In this document: in pieces, positions 14,578 through 24,675 of the stretch
Position numbering within the stretch: position 1 is the stretch's first letter
Layout: every line of letters begins with the position of its first letter
NCBI GenBank assembly: GCA_964405805.1
Contig: CAYOPE010000004.1
Location: forward strand, 1-43,576
Length of the DNA: 43,576 bases
Origin: an uncultured Candidatus Saccharibacteria bacterium
Lineage (GTDB): Bacteria; Patescibacteriota; Doudnabacteria; UBA920; O2-02-FULL-48-8
Direction: 5' to 3'
Program-made: the position numbers and the translations under genes
Notes under the pieces: generated by a model
Told to the model about the DNA's origin: nothing
Database searches by the model: none
What the model saw: the letters and a program-made list of their open reading frames with translations, nothing else

Positions 14578-16344
14578 ATGGCAAAAACTGAGGCTAGTGG
14601 TACCCAATCTAAAACCGTTAGTCTAGAAAACTTTTTAGTCGAAAAGGGATACGTTAGTAAAGAGAATTTGGCCAAGGCCAGAGTAGAATCCAGTACTGCT
14701 CATCGCAACCTCTTCGACTACTTAGTCAACGAACACTACATTACGGACGAAGATCTCACAACTGCGCGAGGACTTTTTTTTAATGTCCCTTATGTAGACC
14801 TTCGAACGAAAACTATTCCGAAAGAAATTTTAGAAATGGCTTCGAAGGAAACTATTTCAAATTATAAATTTGTTCCCTTTGAATTAACCGACGATGTTTT
14901 GAAAGTGGCGATGACTGATCCGACTGATTTGTCCGCTCTGGAAGCGCTAGAGTTTTTGTCACAAAAGAAAAAATATCGAATCGAGCTTTATATCACTTCG
15001 TTTACTAGTTTCCAGTCTGTGTTTCGAAAGACTGCTGAAATCACCACTGAAGTTTCTCAAGCCTTGAGCGAAGTGGCAGAAAGTGAAAAAGCCCAAGAAT
15101 TAAAATATCAAGAAAAGCCGCAAGAAATCCAGCAACCGCGTTTGGTGGACGAAGCACCGATTTCGAAAATCGTAGATGTTATTATCCGACATGCGATCGA
15201 AGCGAGAGCGTCTGACATCCATATCGAACCTTCAGAAGAAGACTTGCATGTTCGCTATCGAATTGATGGCGTACTCCACAGCTCACTGATCCTTCCGCGA
15301 TCAGTCCATTCGGCGATAGTTTCGAGAATAAAAATTTTATCGAATTTGAAAATTGACGAACAACGCTTGCCACAAGACGGCAGATTTCATATCAACTTGG
15401 AAGGCAAGCCCATCGACTTTCGTGTTTCGACCTTTCCCACGGTAGTCGGTGAAAAAGTCGTCTTGCGTATTTTGGATAAATCTACAGGTGCCCCAAGCTT
15501 AGAAGAATTGGGCTTAAGTGGTAGACGTTTAGCAATTGTCAAAGAAGCGATTAGTAAGCCTCATGGAATGTTTTTAATGACTGGGCCTACAGGTAGTGGT
15601 AAATCCACAACTCTTTATGCAGTCTTGAGCATTCTTAACCAGCCAGGCGTAAACATCGTCACTTTAGAAGATCCGGTGGAATATTTTATTGATGGAATTA
15701 ATCAAGCCCAGATCAGGCCCGAAATTGGACTGACTTTCGCTTCAGGACTTCGATCCATCCTGCGCCAAGACCCAAATGTCATCATGGTTGGAGAAATCCG
15801 TGACAAAGAAACAGCAGAGTTAGCTGTAAATTCGGCTTTGACAGGACACTTAGTTTTTTCAACCCTGCATACAAATAGCGCTCTCGGAGCTATTCCTCGT
15901 CTGGTAGATATGGGAATCGAACCATTTCTCATCACCGCGTCTTTAAATTTACTTGCTGCCCAGCGCTTGGTGCGCAAAATTTGTGATAAATGTAAAACTG
16001 AAATTAAGCCCACAGAAGAAATGCAAAGAGTCGTGACCCAAGATTTAGAAGGGATTGAGAAATCGGAGCTAGAAGGCGTGGATCTTAAAAACTTTAAAGT
16101 GTACGTAGGCCGTGGATGTCCGGTTTGTAATAACACGGGTTACAAGGGCCGAGTTGGGATTTACGAAGCGGTGCTTATCAGCAAAGGCATTCAGAATTTG
16201 ATTAACGATCGTCAATCAGCTGATAAAATTCAGGAATATGCAGTTAAGGAAGAAAAAATGATTCTCATGCGACAAGATGGAATCCTTAAAGCCTTAAAGG
16301 GGTTAACTACTATCGAAGAAGTCATTCGAGTGACCAAGGACTAG
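14578..16344 (+). CDS. pilB: Type IV pilus extension ATPase PilB (GspE family)
   Basis: Walker A GPTGSGKST, tetracysteine CDKC...CPVC, and an N-terminal GspE_N-like domain. Confidence 0.95.
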   Translation: MAKTEASGTQSKTVSLENFLVEKGYVSKENLAKARVESSTAHRNLFDYLVNEHYITDEDLTTARGLFFNVPYVDLRTKTIPKEILEMASKETISNYKFVPFELTDDVLKVAMTDPTDLSALEALEFLSQKKKYRIELYITSFTSFQSVFRKTAEITTEVSQALSEVAESEKAQELKYQEKPQEIQQPRLVDEAPISKIVDVIIRHAIEARASDIHIEPSEEDLHVRYRIDGVLHSSLILPRSVHSAIVSRIKILSNLKIDEQRLPQDGRFHINLEGKPIDFRVSTFPTVVGEKVVLRILDKSTGAPSLEELGLSGRRLAIVKEAISKPHGMFLMTGPTGSGKSTTLYAVLSILNQPGVNIVTLEDPVEYFIDGINQAQIRPEIGLTFASGLRSILRQDPNVIMVGEIRDKETAELAVNSALTGHLVFSTLHTNSALGAIPRLVDMGIEPFLITASLNLLAAQRLVRKICDKCKTEIKPTEEMQRVVTQDLEGIEKSELEGVDLKNFKVYVGRGCPVCNNTGYKGRVGIYEAVLISKGIQNLINDRQSADKIQEYAVKEEKMILMRQDGILKALKGLTTIEEVIRVTKD

Positions 16345-16347
16345 ATT

Positions 16348-16719
16348 ATGTACCAAATTTTATTTGTTCACCAGGACCCGAAGTTACGGCAAATCTATGA
16401 GCCACATCTAGCCTCGCACTTTAGTCTAGATTCAGCCAGTGACGGCATGAGTGCTCTGCGAAAAATAAAAAGGAATTTACCTGACGCAGTGGTTTCCGAC
16501 TATTCTCTCCCAATAATTTCTGGCGTATCACTTTTGAGATTTATTCGAAGTCAGAACGAACTATCGCATCTGCCTTTTATCTTCCTTACAGCATATCCGG
16601 AGATTGATAATGGATTAAACTTAGGGGCAAATGATTGGATTAGTTTGCATGAGGCGACGCCAAGCGTATTAATCGATAGAATTTATAATCAATTAAAACT
16701 AAATCGCTATGTCGGGTAG
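16348..16719 (+). CDS. Stand-alone degenerate receiver (REC) domain protein
   Basis: REC-like layout with acceptor Asp (VVSDYSLP) and Thr (FLTAY). The N-terminal acidic pair (VHQD) is degenerate and the conserved Lys is not evident. Confidence 0.65.
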   Translation: MYQILFVHQDPKLRQIYEPHLASHFSLDSASDGMSALRKIKRNLPDAVVSDYSLPIISGVSLLRFIRSQNELSHLPFIFLTAYPEIDNGLNLGANDWISLHEATPSVLIDRIYNQLKLNRYVG

Positions 16720-16847
16720 TAGAAATTTGATATTTGTTCGCGAAGCGAACAAATTAAAAAAGCACGAAGATTTTAATATGCTATTTTATAAAAAACGCGA
16801 TAAAATAAAAAAATAATTAATTATTAATCAAATTTTCACTACCCGAT

Positions 16848-17927
16848 ATGGTATACAAATCAACAGAGCTTGAAATCAATAGTTTGCTGATGCAGGTTTT
16901 ACAAAGAGGCGCTTCAGACCTTCACTTAACCGCAGGTAAGCCGCCGACTCTTCGCATAGACAGTAAACTCGGTGAAATGGCAGGGTATGAAGTGCTTTCT
17001 GGGAATGCGATCGCGACTATTGTCGATGTTTTACTAGACACGGATCAGCGAAAAAAAGAATTTAAAGAAAACCGCGAAATCGATTTTTCCTTTTCATTTA
17101 AAGACAATGTTCGGTTTCGAGCCAATGCTTATTTCCAAAAAGGATATCCAGCTCTGGCGCTACGCCTGATTCCAAACAAAATCAGAACCGTGGAAGAGTT
17201 AAATCTTCCGAGTCAAATAAAAAGTTTGGTCAATTACAAACAGGGTTTGGTCTTAATGGTTGGTCCTACAGGCCATGGTAAATCGACTACTCTCGCGGCT
17301 TTGATTGACCTCATAAATCACACTCGATATAACAACATCGTCACCATCGAGGACCCGATCGAATTTGTCTATATTCAAGATAAATCTTTGGTCAACCAGC
17401 GCGAAGTCGGATCTGACACGTTATCGTTTGGCAAAGCTTTGCGATCAGTCTTGCGTGAAGATCCGGACGTTGTTCTGGTGGGGGAAATGCGAGATCTGGA
17501 ATCTATTGCTACCACTATCACAGTTGCTGAAACTGGGCATTTGGTATTTGCGACTCTACATACAAACAATGCTGCTCAAACCATAGATCGTATCATCGAT
17601 GTCTTTCCGGCTTATCAGCAAAGTCAGATACGGGCTCAGCTAGCAAACATTTTGGTCAGTGTGGTTTCGCAGCGTTTGCTACCGAAAATTGGCGGCGGTC
17701 GGATCCCGGCAGTAGAAGTCATGATGATGAATCACGCGGTCGCTAACGTCATCCGCCAAGATAAGACTTACGAATTACCAAACATCATTCACACTTCCAC
17801 AGCAGCGGGCATGGTTTCGCTAGACCATAATCTGGCCCAACTAGTCCGTACTAATCAAGTAAAATTAGAGGATGCTATGACTTTCGTGACTGATGATGAT
17901 TTGTTTCAGGGATTACTAAGACGTTAA
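16848..17927 (+). CDS. pilT: Type IV pilus retraction ATPase PilT
   Basis: Walker A GPTGHGKST, EDPIEF, GHLVFATLHT, and an AVANVIRQDK (AIRNLIRE-like) motif. Confidence 0.93.
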   Translation: MVYKSTELEINSLLMQVLQRGASDLHLTAGKPPTLRIDSKLGEMAGYEVLSGNAIATIVDVLLDTDQRKKEFKENREIDFSFSFKDNVRFRANAYFQKGYPALALRLIPNKIRTVEELNLPSQIKSLVNYKQGLVLMVGPTGHGKSTTLAALIDLINHTRYNNIVTIEDPIEFVYIQDKSLVNQREVGSDTLSFGKALRSVLREDPDVVLVGEMRDLESIATTITVAETGHLVFATLHTNNAAQTIDRIIDVFPAYQQSQIRAQLANILVSVVSQRLLPKIGGGRIPAVEVMMMNHAVANVIRQDKTYELPNIIHTSTAAGMVSLDHNLAQLVRTNQVKLEDAMTFVTDDDLFQGLLRR

Positions 17928-17929
17928 AT

Positions 17930-19132
17930 ATGGAATTTGCCTACCAAGCCAGAGATAAAGCTGGAAGCTTGAAGACCGGTACTGTCGAAGCAGCAAACGA
18001 GGCCGGTGCTTTTGATTTGCTACAGCAGCACGGTTTGATAGTGGTTAAAATCTTACCAAGCAACAAAGTTAGTATCCTCGATGGAATTGCAATTTTCGAG
18101 CGAGTCTCACCGAAGGAAATTGTAATTTTTTCTCGTCAATTAGCCACACTCATTGATGCCAAAGTCCCAATCGTTCAAGCTTTAGATATTTTACAAACGC
18201 AGGTTTCGTCAGGAAAATTAAAGAAAGTTTTAGGTGAAGTAGCGCAGCACGTTGAGTCTGGAGATAGTTTGTCTACTGCGATTTCTCGTTACCCTAAAAT
18301 TTTTAGCAATCTTTATATCAACCTAGTCCGATCAGGCGAGTTATCTGGAACTATGGATGAAGCATTAGAGTATCTGGCTAATCAGTTAGAAAAAGATTAC
18401 GATCTTCGATCAAAAATTATCGGTGCTTTAACTTATCCAGCTTTTATTTTATCCTCTTTGATCATCGTCGGCTTTCTGATGTTTATTTATGTTTTACCTC
18501 CTTTGGTTTCTGTCCTTGAGCAATCATCTGTCACCCTTCCCTTTACAACTCAAATACTCATTGGCATTACTAACATCCTTCAGAACTATTGGTGGTTGGT
18601 GCTAGTTTTGTTAGTCGGGGCCGTAGTAGGCGGTCGATTTTATGTGAACACTACTGCCGGTCGATATATCTTTGATAACATTAAAATCAGAACTCCGATC
18701 ATGGGCGGTTTGTATAAAAAAATCTATATGGCTCGTTTTGCACGAAATTTAGGGACACTAATTGTCGGCGGAATTCCGATCGTCAAAGCCCTAGAGTCAG
18801 TAGCTGACATTGTAGGAAACGAAGTTTATAAAGAAATTATTTTAGAAGCTTCCGAACAAGTTCGCAATGGAAAAAGTATTGCTTCAGCTCTGACCGCCAG
18901 ACCTGAATTTCCTGTGGTCGTGGCCCAGATGACACAGATAGGGGAGACGACCGGTCGGCTACAGGAAATTCTAGACAAGCTCGCCAGCTTCTATGAAAAA
19001 GAAGTCGATGGAGTTTTGAAAGCCCTGACGACTTTACTTGAACCAATCATCATGATGCTGCTCGGTTTGGCAGTGGCAGTTATGGTTGCAGGAATTTTAC
19101 TGCCGATATATAATTTAGCCAGTGCTTCATAG
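17930..19132 (+). CDS. pilC: Type IV pilus platform protein PilC (GspF family)
   Basis: Two T2SS-F repeats, three TM segments, 400 aa. Confidence 0.93.
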   Translation: MEFAYQARDKAGSLKTGTVEAANEAGAFDLLQQHGLIVVKILPSNKVSILDGIAIFERVSPKEIVIFSRQLATLIDAKVPIVQALDILQTQVSSGKLKKVLGEVAQHVESGDSLSTAISRYPKIFSNLYINLVRSGELSGTMDEALEYLANQLEKDYDLRSKIIGALTYPAFILSSLIIVGFLMFIYVLPPLVSVLEQSSVTLPFTTQILIGITNILQNYWWLVLVLLVGAVVGGRFYVNTTAGRYIFDNIKIRTPIMGGLYKKIYMARFARNLGTLIVGGIPIVKALESVADIVGNEVYKEIILEASEQVRNGKSIASALTARPEFPVVVAQMTQIGETTGRLQEILDKLASFYEKEVDGVLKALTTLLEPIIMMLLGLAVAVMVAGILLPIYNLASAS

Positions 19133-19181
19133 AGATTATGATACAAAAATTAATCACAAAATCTGGGAAGGGGGTGAACTT

Positions 19182-19610
19182 ATGAAAAGAAAAAATTTTG
19201 GTTTCACCCTCATCGAACTTTTGGTGGTCATAGCCATCATTGGTATTTTGGCAGCCGTGGTATTAGTATCCCTAAACTCAGCCCGCCAGAAGTCTAGAGA
19301 TGCTAGAAGACTTGCTGATGTCAGACAAGTCATGACAGCATTAGAACTCTACTATAACGATAACAATGGTTATCCCACAGCCACCTCAGGAGCCCCAACC
19401 ACTACAGATGGTTCTCCTGCCTGGTCAACCTACCTAGCCACCTGGCCCACTGTCCCTACCCCTGCAGATGGCACCTGTGGCAATGCTAATGCCTACACCT
19501 ATGCTCAAACCTCTTCTGGAGCTTCCTACACCCTAGCCTTCTGTCTAGGAGCAGTCACTGGAGGCTACACAGCTGGTAGTCATACAGCTTCTCCATCAGG
19601 GATACAGTAA
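19182..19610 (+). CDS. Type IV pilin, operon copy (mature part identical to 10476-10907)
   Basis: SD-like GGGGGTG before ATG 19182. Signal MKRKNFG|FTLIEL. Confidence 0.9.
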   Translation: MKRKNFGFTLIELLVVIAIIGILAAVVLVSLNSARQKSRDARRLADVRQVMTALELYYNDNNGYPTATSGAPTTTDGSPAWSTYLATWPTVPTPADGTCGNANAYTYAQTSSGASYTLAFCLGAVTGGYTAGSHTASPSGIQ

Positions 19611-19615
19611 ACTAG
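19200..19615 (+). repeat. 416-bp perfect direct repeat, copy 2
   Basis: Identical to 10497-10912. Confidence 0.9.
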
Positions 19616-19657
19616 CACATCCAGCACCATTTATATAAATGGTGCTGGATAAACTTT

Positions 19658-20065
19658 ATGGAAAAAAACGGTTTTGTTAAAGCAGAATTATTGCTATTTT
19701 TTGTAATTTTGTTTTTGATTGGAGTTGCTGTTTTTTTTGCATACATCTTTTCTGCAACTCAAGCCGCTGACAAGCAACGCTTGGCAGATGTGGCCGTTAT
19801 GAAAGATGCTCTAAAAGTTTACTATAATGAAAATGGTTTTTATCCGAACGGCTCAGACACAGAAGATCCTGTGGACATGAATGATTATGTGGATCGTTGG
19901 CCGAAAAGTCCTCCTCTATCAGGCAGCTGCACCAGTCTGAATAATCGATATTTGTATAGTCAGAAATTAAATGGTTCTGATTTTACGTTAGACTTTTGTT
20001 TGGGCCAAAGCACGGACGGCGTTGCTGCTGGCGTGCATACACTAACCACAAGGGGAATTCAATAA
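19658..20065 (+). CDS. Divergent pilin-like protein
   Basis: Degenerate signal MEKNG|FVKAELLL (Glu at +5). Shares LKVYYNENGFYP and the C-terminal FCLG...GIQ with the pilin family. Confidence 0.75.
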   Translation: MEKNGFVKAELLLFFVILFLIGVAVFFAYIFSATQAADKQRLADVAVMKDALKVYYNENGFYPNGSDTEDPVDMNDYVDRWPKSPPLSGSCTSLNNRYLYSQKLNGSDFTLDFCLGQSTDGVAAGVHTLTTRGIQ

Positions 20066-20529
20066 TGCACAAAAAATCGGGATTTAGTTTAATTGAAGTT
20101 CTAGTCGTCATTGGTATAATTGGCCTTTTAGCTACGATTGTGACCGTAGCTACTGGGACTGCTAGAACCAAAGCTCGCGATGCCCGAAGACTTGATGACA
20201 TTCAGCAAGTTAAAACAGGTCTAGATCTTTATTACAATACTGGTGGTGGTTATCCAGCTACTGATGCCTGGAATACAGCTCAGGCCGCAAGTGCAGTCAT
20301 GGCCTGCTCAGGTACGGACACGTTAAGAGTGCCACAGGATCCGATACACGCGACGAACTCGAGTTTTGCATATACTTATACTCAAGGCGGCGATTCTTCT
20401 TCTGGCTGCGGAGGGAATGTTTATACAGATTATAAAATTCAATTCCAGACGGAAGCGAGGACTTCGATAGGAGCTGCCGGTACTTATTATCTTTCTTCAA
20501 AAGGAATTAGTTCTACGGCTCCATTTTAA
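20065..20529 (+). CDS. Type IV pilin paralog
   Basis: MHKKSG|FSLIEVLVVIGIIGLLA, ARDARRLDDIQQ. The TAATG overlaps the upstream stop. Confidence 0.88.
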   Translation: MHKKSGFSLIEVLVVIGIIGLLATIVTVATGTARTKARDARRLDDIQQVKTGLDLYYNTGGGYPATDAWNTAQAASAVMACSGTDTLRVPQDPIHATNSSFAYTYTQGGDSSSGCGGNVYTDYKIQFQTEARTSIGAAGTYYLSSKGISSTAPF

Positions 20530-21276
20530 ATGTTGATTCTATTATTTTTATTCGGGTTGATTATTGGCAGCTTTTTAAATGCTGTCATTTTTCGTTTGCA
20601 CTCAGGAGAGTCTTTTCTGTCAGGCCGCTCTCACTGCATGTCTTGCAAACATGAACTAGCAGCAGAAGATTTGGTGCCTTTGTTTAGTTTTTTATGGTTG
20701 CAGGGAAGATGTCGGTATTGCAAAGTCAAACTTTCCCGGCAGTATCCATTAGTGGAATTTTTAACTGGTTTGTTATTTGTACTGTTTGCGTTTCGTTATT
20801 CGCCATTCACAGCCCACTATTATTTCCAGATAATTTTTGCCAGCATATTCATAGTTGTGGCTGTTTTTGACTACAAACATTATTTGATTTTGGACAAAGT
20901 TGTCTTTCCAGCTCTGATTTTGGCCATCATCTATAACATTTGGCAGCATAATTTTTGGATCGGATTTCTCTCAGGGCTGGGAGTAGCAGGGTTTTTTCTG
21001 GCACAGTATTTGATTTCGAGAGGGAAGTGGATTGGTTTGGGCGACGTGAAGCTGGGTTTGGTTTTAGGGAATGTGGCACTTTGGCCAAACAGCGTCTTGG
21101 TTTTATTTTTAGCATACGTCTTCGGAAGTATCATTGGGATTTTTTTGATCCTAAGCAGAAAAAAGCATCTTGGATCCAAGCTTCCTTTCGGAGTCTTTTT
21201 AAGCCTTTCTGCTATAATAGTGATGTTAGTCGGGAATCCGATTATGCGTTGGTATCTAAATTTGATTGGATTATGA
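20530..21276 (+). CDS. pilD: Prepilin peptidase (A24 family) PilD
   Basis: N-terminal CMSC...CRYC zinc motif, catalytic-Asp context GLGDVKL, polytopic membrane protein. Confidence 0.92.
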   Translation: MLILLFLFGLIIGSFLNAVIFRLHSGESFLSGRSHCMSCKHELAAEDLVPLFSFLWLQGRCRYCKVKLSRQYPLVEFLTGLLFVLFAFRYSPFTAHYYFQIIFASIFIVVAVFDYKHYLILDKVVFPALILAIIYNIWQHNFWIGFLSGLGVAGFFLAQYLISRGKWIGLGDVKLGLVLGNVALWPNSVLVLFLAYVFGSIIGIFLILSRKKHLGSKLPFGVFLSLSAIIVMLVGNPIMRWYLNLIGL

Positions 21277-21280
21277 GAAT

Positions 21281-21823
21281 ATGAGAAATAGTCAAAAAGG
21301 TTTTACTTTAATTGAATTATTAGCAGTCCTGGTAATTACAGTGATGATCACCAGTATTACTGTGGCAAATTTTCGTAATGCCCAAAAGCAAAAGCAAGCA
21401 GCCATCGCTTCTGATTTAATTATAAACGCCCTCAGAACCGCCCAGTCTTCTGCCACATCAGGCAAGGCTACCAATAATTCCAATCCTAACTGTCGGACCC
21501 CGCAGTATTATTTTGTGAATTTTCAGTACCAAACTCAATTTTCATTGTCAGCATTTGATAATTGCAACAATTCCGATTTGGTAGAAACTTATTCATTGCC
21601 AGTTAACATACGAGTTAAAGCTTCGGGCTTGAAAGTGGATGGGGTTGCTGCGAATAACTCTTTAGCTATTTACTTTGCTCCACCGTTTGGACAAGCGACA
21701 GCAAACAAAGACGCAGCAGGTTTAAATTCCTTCACAGCTAGTACTGTTACTGTGGAAACAATTAACGGTTCTGTGAGTAAGACTGTGACGATCGATGGAG
21801 TTGCTGGGAGAATAGGAGAGTAA
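21281..21823 (+). CDS. GspH/FimT-like minor pseudopilin
   Basis: MRNSQKG|FTLIELLAVLVITVMI, followed by a beta-rich C-terminal domain. Confidence 0.8.
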   Translation: MRNSQKGFTLIELLAVLVITVMITSITVANFRNAQKQKQAAIASDLIINALRTAQSSATSGKATNNSNPNCRTPQYYFVNFQYQTQFSLSAFDNCNNSDLVETYSLPVNIRVKASGLKVDGVAANNSLAIYFAPPFGQATANKDAAGLNSFTASTVTVETINGSVSKTVTIDGVAGRIGE

Positions 21824-21825
21824 AT

Positions 21826-22539
21826 ATGAAGAAATTTTTTGAGATGATAAAGAGCTACGCCTGGGTCTCAGCAGTAATTTTAAGTGTTGCTGCTTTAGGC
21901 TTTAGTCTTTATAATTTAAAGCTTACCAAGCATGCTGCCAATAATGATCAGTATTCAGGAAACCAGAATTCAATCGTAACAGTTGATTATGATAAATTTT
22001 CGGCTGAGCCTTTGCTGCGGGATTTACCAGTTTTGGGGGATAGTAGCGCGCCGCTTACTTTATATGAATTTGCAGATTTTCAGTGTCCATACTGCAAACG
22101 ATTTTTTGATAACACCTTAGCTGGTTTGAAGAGTAGATATATGGACAGCGGCAAGCTACGATTAGCTTTTGTAAACTTGCCTCTGAGAGGACAGGAATCT
22201 AGAGATGCTGCTGAAGCTGCTATGTGCGCGAAAGATCAGGGGCAGTTTTGGCCATATCATGATTTGCTTTATAAAAACCAAGCGCCTGAAGAAAATTCTG
22301 GGGCTCTGAATCCGAAAAAATTCAAAAGCTTTGCGCAAACCTTGAACCTTGATATGAAAGTATTTAATGAATGTTTATCTTCACATAAAAATCTGGACGT
22401 TGTTAACGCCCAGCAGGCTTTGGCCGATAAATATGGAGCGGCAGTGACTCCAACCTTTTTCCTTAAAGATCGTATTATCATTGGTGCTCAGCCACTCGAA
22501 ATATTTATAAAAGCAATCGATGAGCAATTGGCGAAATAA
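21826..22539 (+). CDS. Membrane-anchored DsbA-like thiol:disulfide oxidoreductase
   Basis: TM anchor. Thioredoxin active site FQCPYCKRF. The length and the C-terminal TPTFF motif are typical of DsbA. Confidence 0.85.
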   Translation: MKKFFEMIKSYAWVSAVILSVAALGFSLYNLKLTKHAANNDQYSGNQNSIVTVDYDKFSAEPLLRDLPVLGDSSAPLTLYEFADFQCPYCKRFFDNTLAGLKSRYMDSGKLRLAFVNLPLRGQESRDAAEAAMCAKDQGQFWPYHDLLYKNQAPEENSGALNPKKFKSFAQTLNLDMKVFNECLSSHKNLDVVNAQQALADKYGAAVTPTFFLKDRIIIGAQPLEIFIKAIDEQLAK

Positions 22540-23545
22540 CCAGCCATTTAGGATAGTTTTCCTCTTTATCCTTGCTGCATTGGCAGCAATTTTCGTCATA
22601 AGTAAACACAGAAGCCCGCTGCCGACTAAAATAAATGAATCAGTAGAGCATTTTAAACAGCTTGATTATCAGTCGCAACTAGATTTGGTAAAAAAATCCG
22701 CTGAATCCGATCCAGTGGCTACTTGGCAGTTTGTAAAAGACGCATTTTTGATTAACGGTCAACAAGTCGGCAACGCTCACGAGTTTGCTCATTTAGTCGG
22801 CAACGCGATGTATGTCAAATTTGGCCTAGATGGCATTACTAACTGTGACCAAACTTTTGCTTTTGGCTGCTATCATGGAGTTACCGAGAAATTGTTGGTT
22901 GATCAAGGACCATCAGCGATTATAAAAATTCAGAATCGTTGTACTGAAATTTTCCCGCCAAGCAAAAGTCAAAATTTTACAGGTTGCATTCATGGTATGG
23001 GCCATGGACTATTTACTTATGAGCATTTCAGTGTGAGTAAGGCTTTGCAGGATTGCGACGGACTCGATAATCTTTACAAAACCTACTGCTATGACGGGGT
23101 ATTTATGGAGCATTCGACTGAATTGACTAAAGGAGAATTTAATCCCGCTCATCCGTGGCAATTCTGTACATCACTTGATTCGCGTTATCATTACAATTGC
23201 GCTCGCTACCAGTCCCAGATTTTTTTAGGCCAGTTTGGCGGAGATATTTCTACAGTTTCAAAAAATTGCTCAGCTACAACCGATGAAATCTTAGTGTCGA
23301 CTTGTTTTGAGAGTTTGGGCTACTACATTACTCAGCAGAACCTCGGTAAATTATCATCTATCCTCGATGCTTGCAGTAAAATTTCTGGAGAAGGTAAATA
23401 CCATTGTATTATTGGTTCTACTCGGGAAGTGAAGTTCCAAGCTTATCCAAATTGGCAGACAACAACTGTGGCTCTTTGCAATTCTTTACCAGAAACTTGG
23501 AAAAATACTTGTATAAATAATCAGCAACCTATAAGCCCAATGTAA
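22520..23545 (+). CDS. Membrane-anchored Cys-pair repeat protein, paralog 1
   Basis: N-terminal TM. About 7 reiterations of C-x7-14-C followed by a helix. His motifs AHLVGNAMY, CYHG, CIHGMGHGLF, CYDGVFMEH. Confidence 0.75.
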   Translation: MSNWRNNQPFRIVFLFILAALAAIFVISKHRSPLPTKINESVEHFKQLDYQSQLDLVKKSAESDPVATWQFVKDAFLINGQQVGNAHEFAHLVGNAMYVKFGLDGITNCDQTFAFGCYHGVTEKLLVDQGPSAIIKIQNRCTEIFPPSKSQNFTGCIHGMGHGLFTYEHFSVSKALQDCDGLDNLYKTYCYDGVFMEHSTELTKGEFNPAHPWQFCTSLDSRYHYNCARYQSQIFLGQFGGDISTVSKNCSATTDEILVSTCFESLGYYITQQNLGKLSSILDACSKISGEGKYHCIIGSTREVKFQAYPNWQTTTVALCNSLPETWKNTCINNQQPISPM

Positions 23546-24675
23546 TGAAAGATAATTTACAAAAAAATTGGCCAATAGCTTTAGCACTAATTGTTTTGCT
23601 CCTCGCAGTTATAAAATTTGCCAATGATCGAGGATATTTTCAGCATGTAAAAACTGGCGCTCAAACCGAAACTGCACAGACGATTGAAGATTACTGCAAC
23701 AATCCCACAAATGCTGCGAAAGATTTGGGCAAAGAAAGCTGTTTTTCCAAACAATTTAGGCAACTAGCCAAAGACCAAGGCCCAAAAAATGCTTTTTCAG
23801 TTTTACACGAACTTCAGTCGATTGATCCTAGTACTCGCGGCTGCCATTTGATCGCTCATGGCATTGGCTGGGGCACTTTTGAGCACGATCCGAAGGCTTG
23901 GCAGAATGATATCCAGACTATTGAGCCGTCTTGTAATTATGGCGCTCCCCACGGCATCATTGAAGCATACTTGGAGACGCAGCCAGATCACACTTTAACG
24001 AAAACTGTAATTCCGACTTTGTGCGGGCCCACTCCCAGAGCGGATTGCAATCATATTATTGGTCATCTAATCTTGGTTGAAACTCGGGCCGACGTGCCGA
24101 AGGCATTGGACCTATGTGATGTGTTTGACCAAAATCCCACGCAGCTTGATCACTGCTACACTGGAGTTTTTATGGAATATCAGACTGCGCTCAACTTGAT
24201 TGAACACGGATTTGCTCCGCAAAGCTGGCTAAACTGGCCTGCGAGAGTGCCGGAACTTGAAAAAATGTGTCGCAGCTACACTGATCGCAAGGCTAAAGAT
24301 TGCTGGAAAGAAATTGTCCACGCAGCTTTGGTTAAATTTAACAATGACCCGAAAACGATTTTTGATTTTTGTTCGACAGCGCAGGTTTCGGATGGAGCGA
24401 AAGAATGCCGTCGACACGCCATCGGCATCATGGCAGCAGGAAAACAGTTTGATTTACCGAATCTTAAATCTATGTGCGATTTGGCACAGCCAGATGATTC
24501 TGGATTTAAATCGGATTGTTACGTACAGCTAGCCGCCAGCACGCTTTCCACTGTCCCTGATGAGCAAGACCGGGTGAAGCAGTTTTGTGAAAGTTTGGAT
24601 AGCTCGTATCAGTCTATTTGCTTATCTCAGATAACAAGTTATAATAACTATTCTAGGAGCAGCGGCAATGACTAA
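23545..24675 (+). CDS. Membrane-anchored Cys-pair repeat protein, paralog 2
   Basis: Same architecture: CHLIAHGIGWGTF, CNHIIGHL, CYTGVFMEY. Confidence 0.75.
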   Translation: MKDNLQKNWPIALALIVLLLAVIKFANDRGYFQHVKTGAQTETAQTIEDYCNNPTNAAKDLGKESCFSKQFRQLAKDQGPKNAFSVLHELQSIDPSTRGCHLIAHGIGWGTFEHDPKAWQNDIQTIEPSCNYGAPHGIIEAYLETQPDHTLTKTVIPTLCGPTPRADCNHIIGHLILVETRADVPKALDLCDVFDQNPTQLDHCYTGVFMEYQTALNLIEHGFAPQSWLNWPARVPELEKMCRSYTDRKAKDCWKEIVHAALVKFNNDPKTIFDFCSTAQVSDGAKECRRHAIGIMAAGKQFDLPNLKSMCDLAQPDDSGFKSDCYVQLAASTLSTVPDEQDRVKQFCESLDSSYQSICLSQITSYNNYSRSSGND

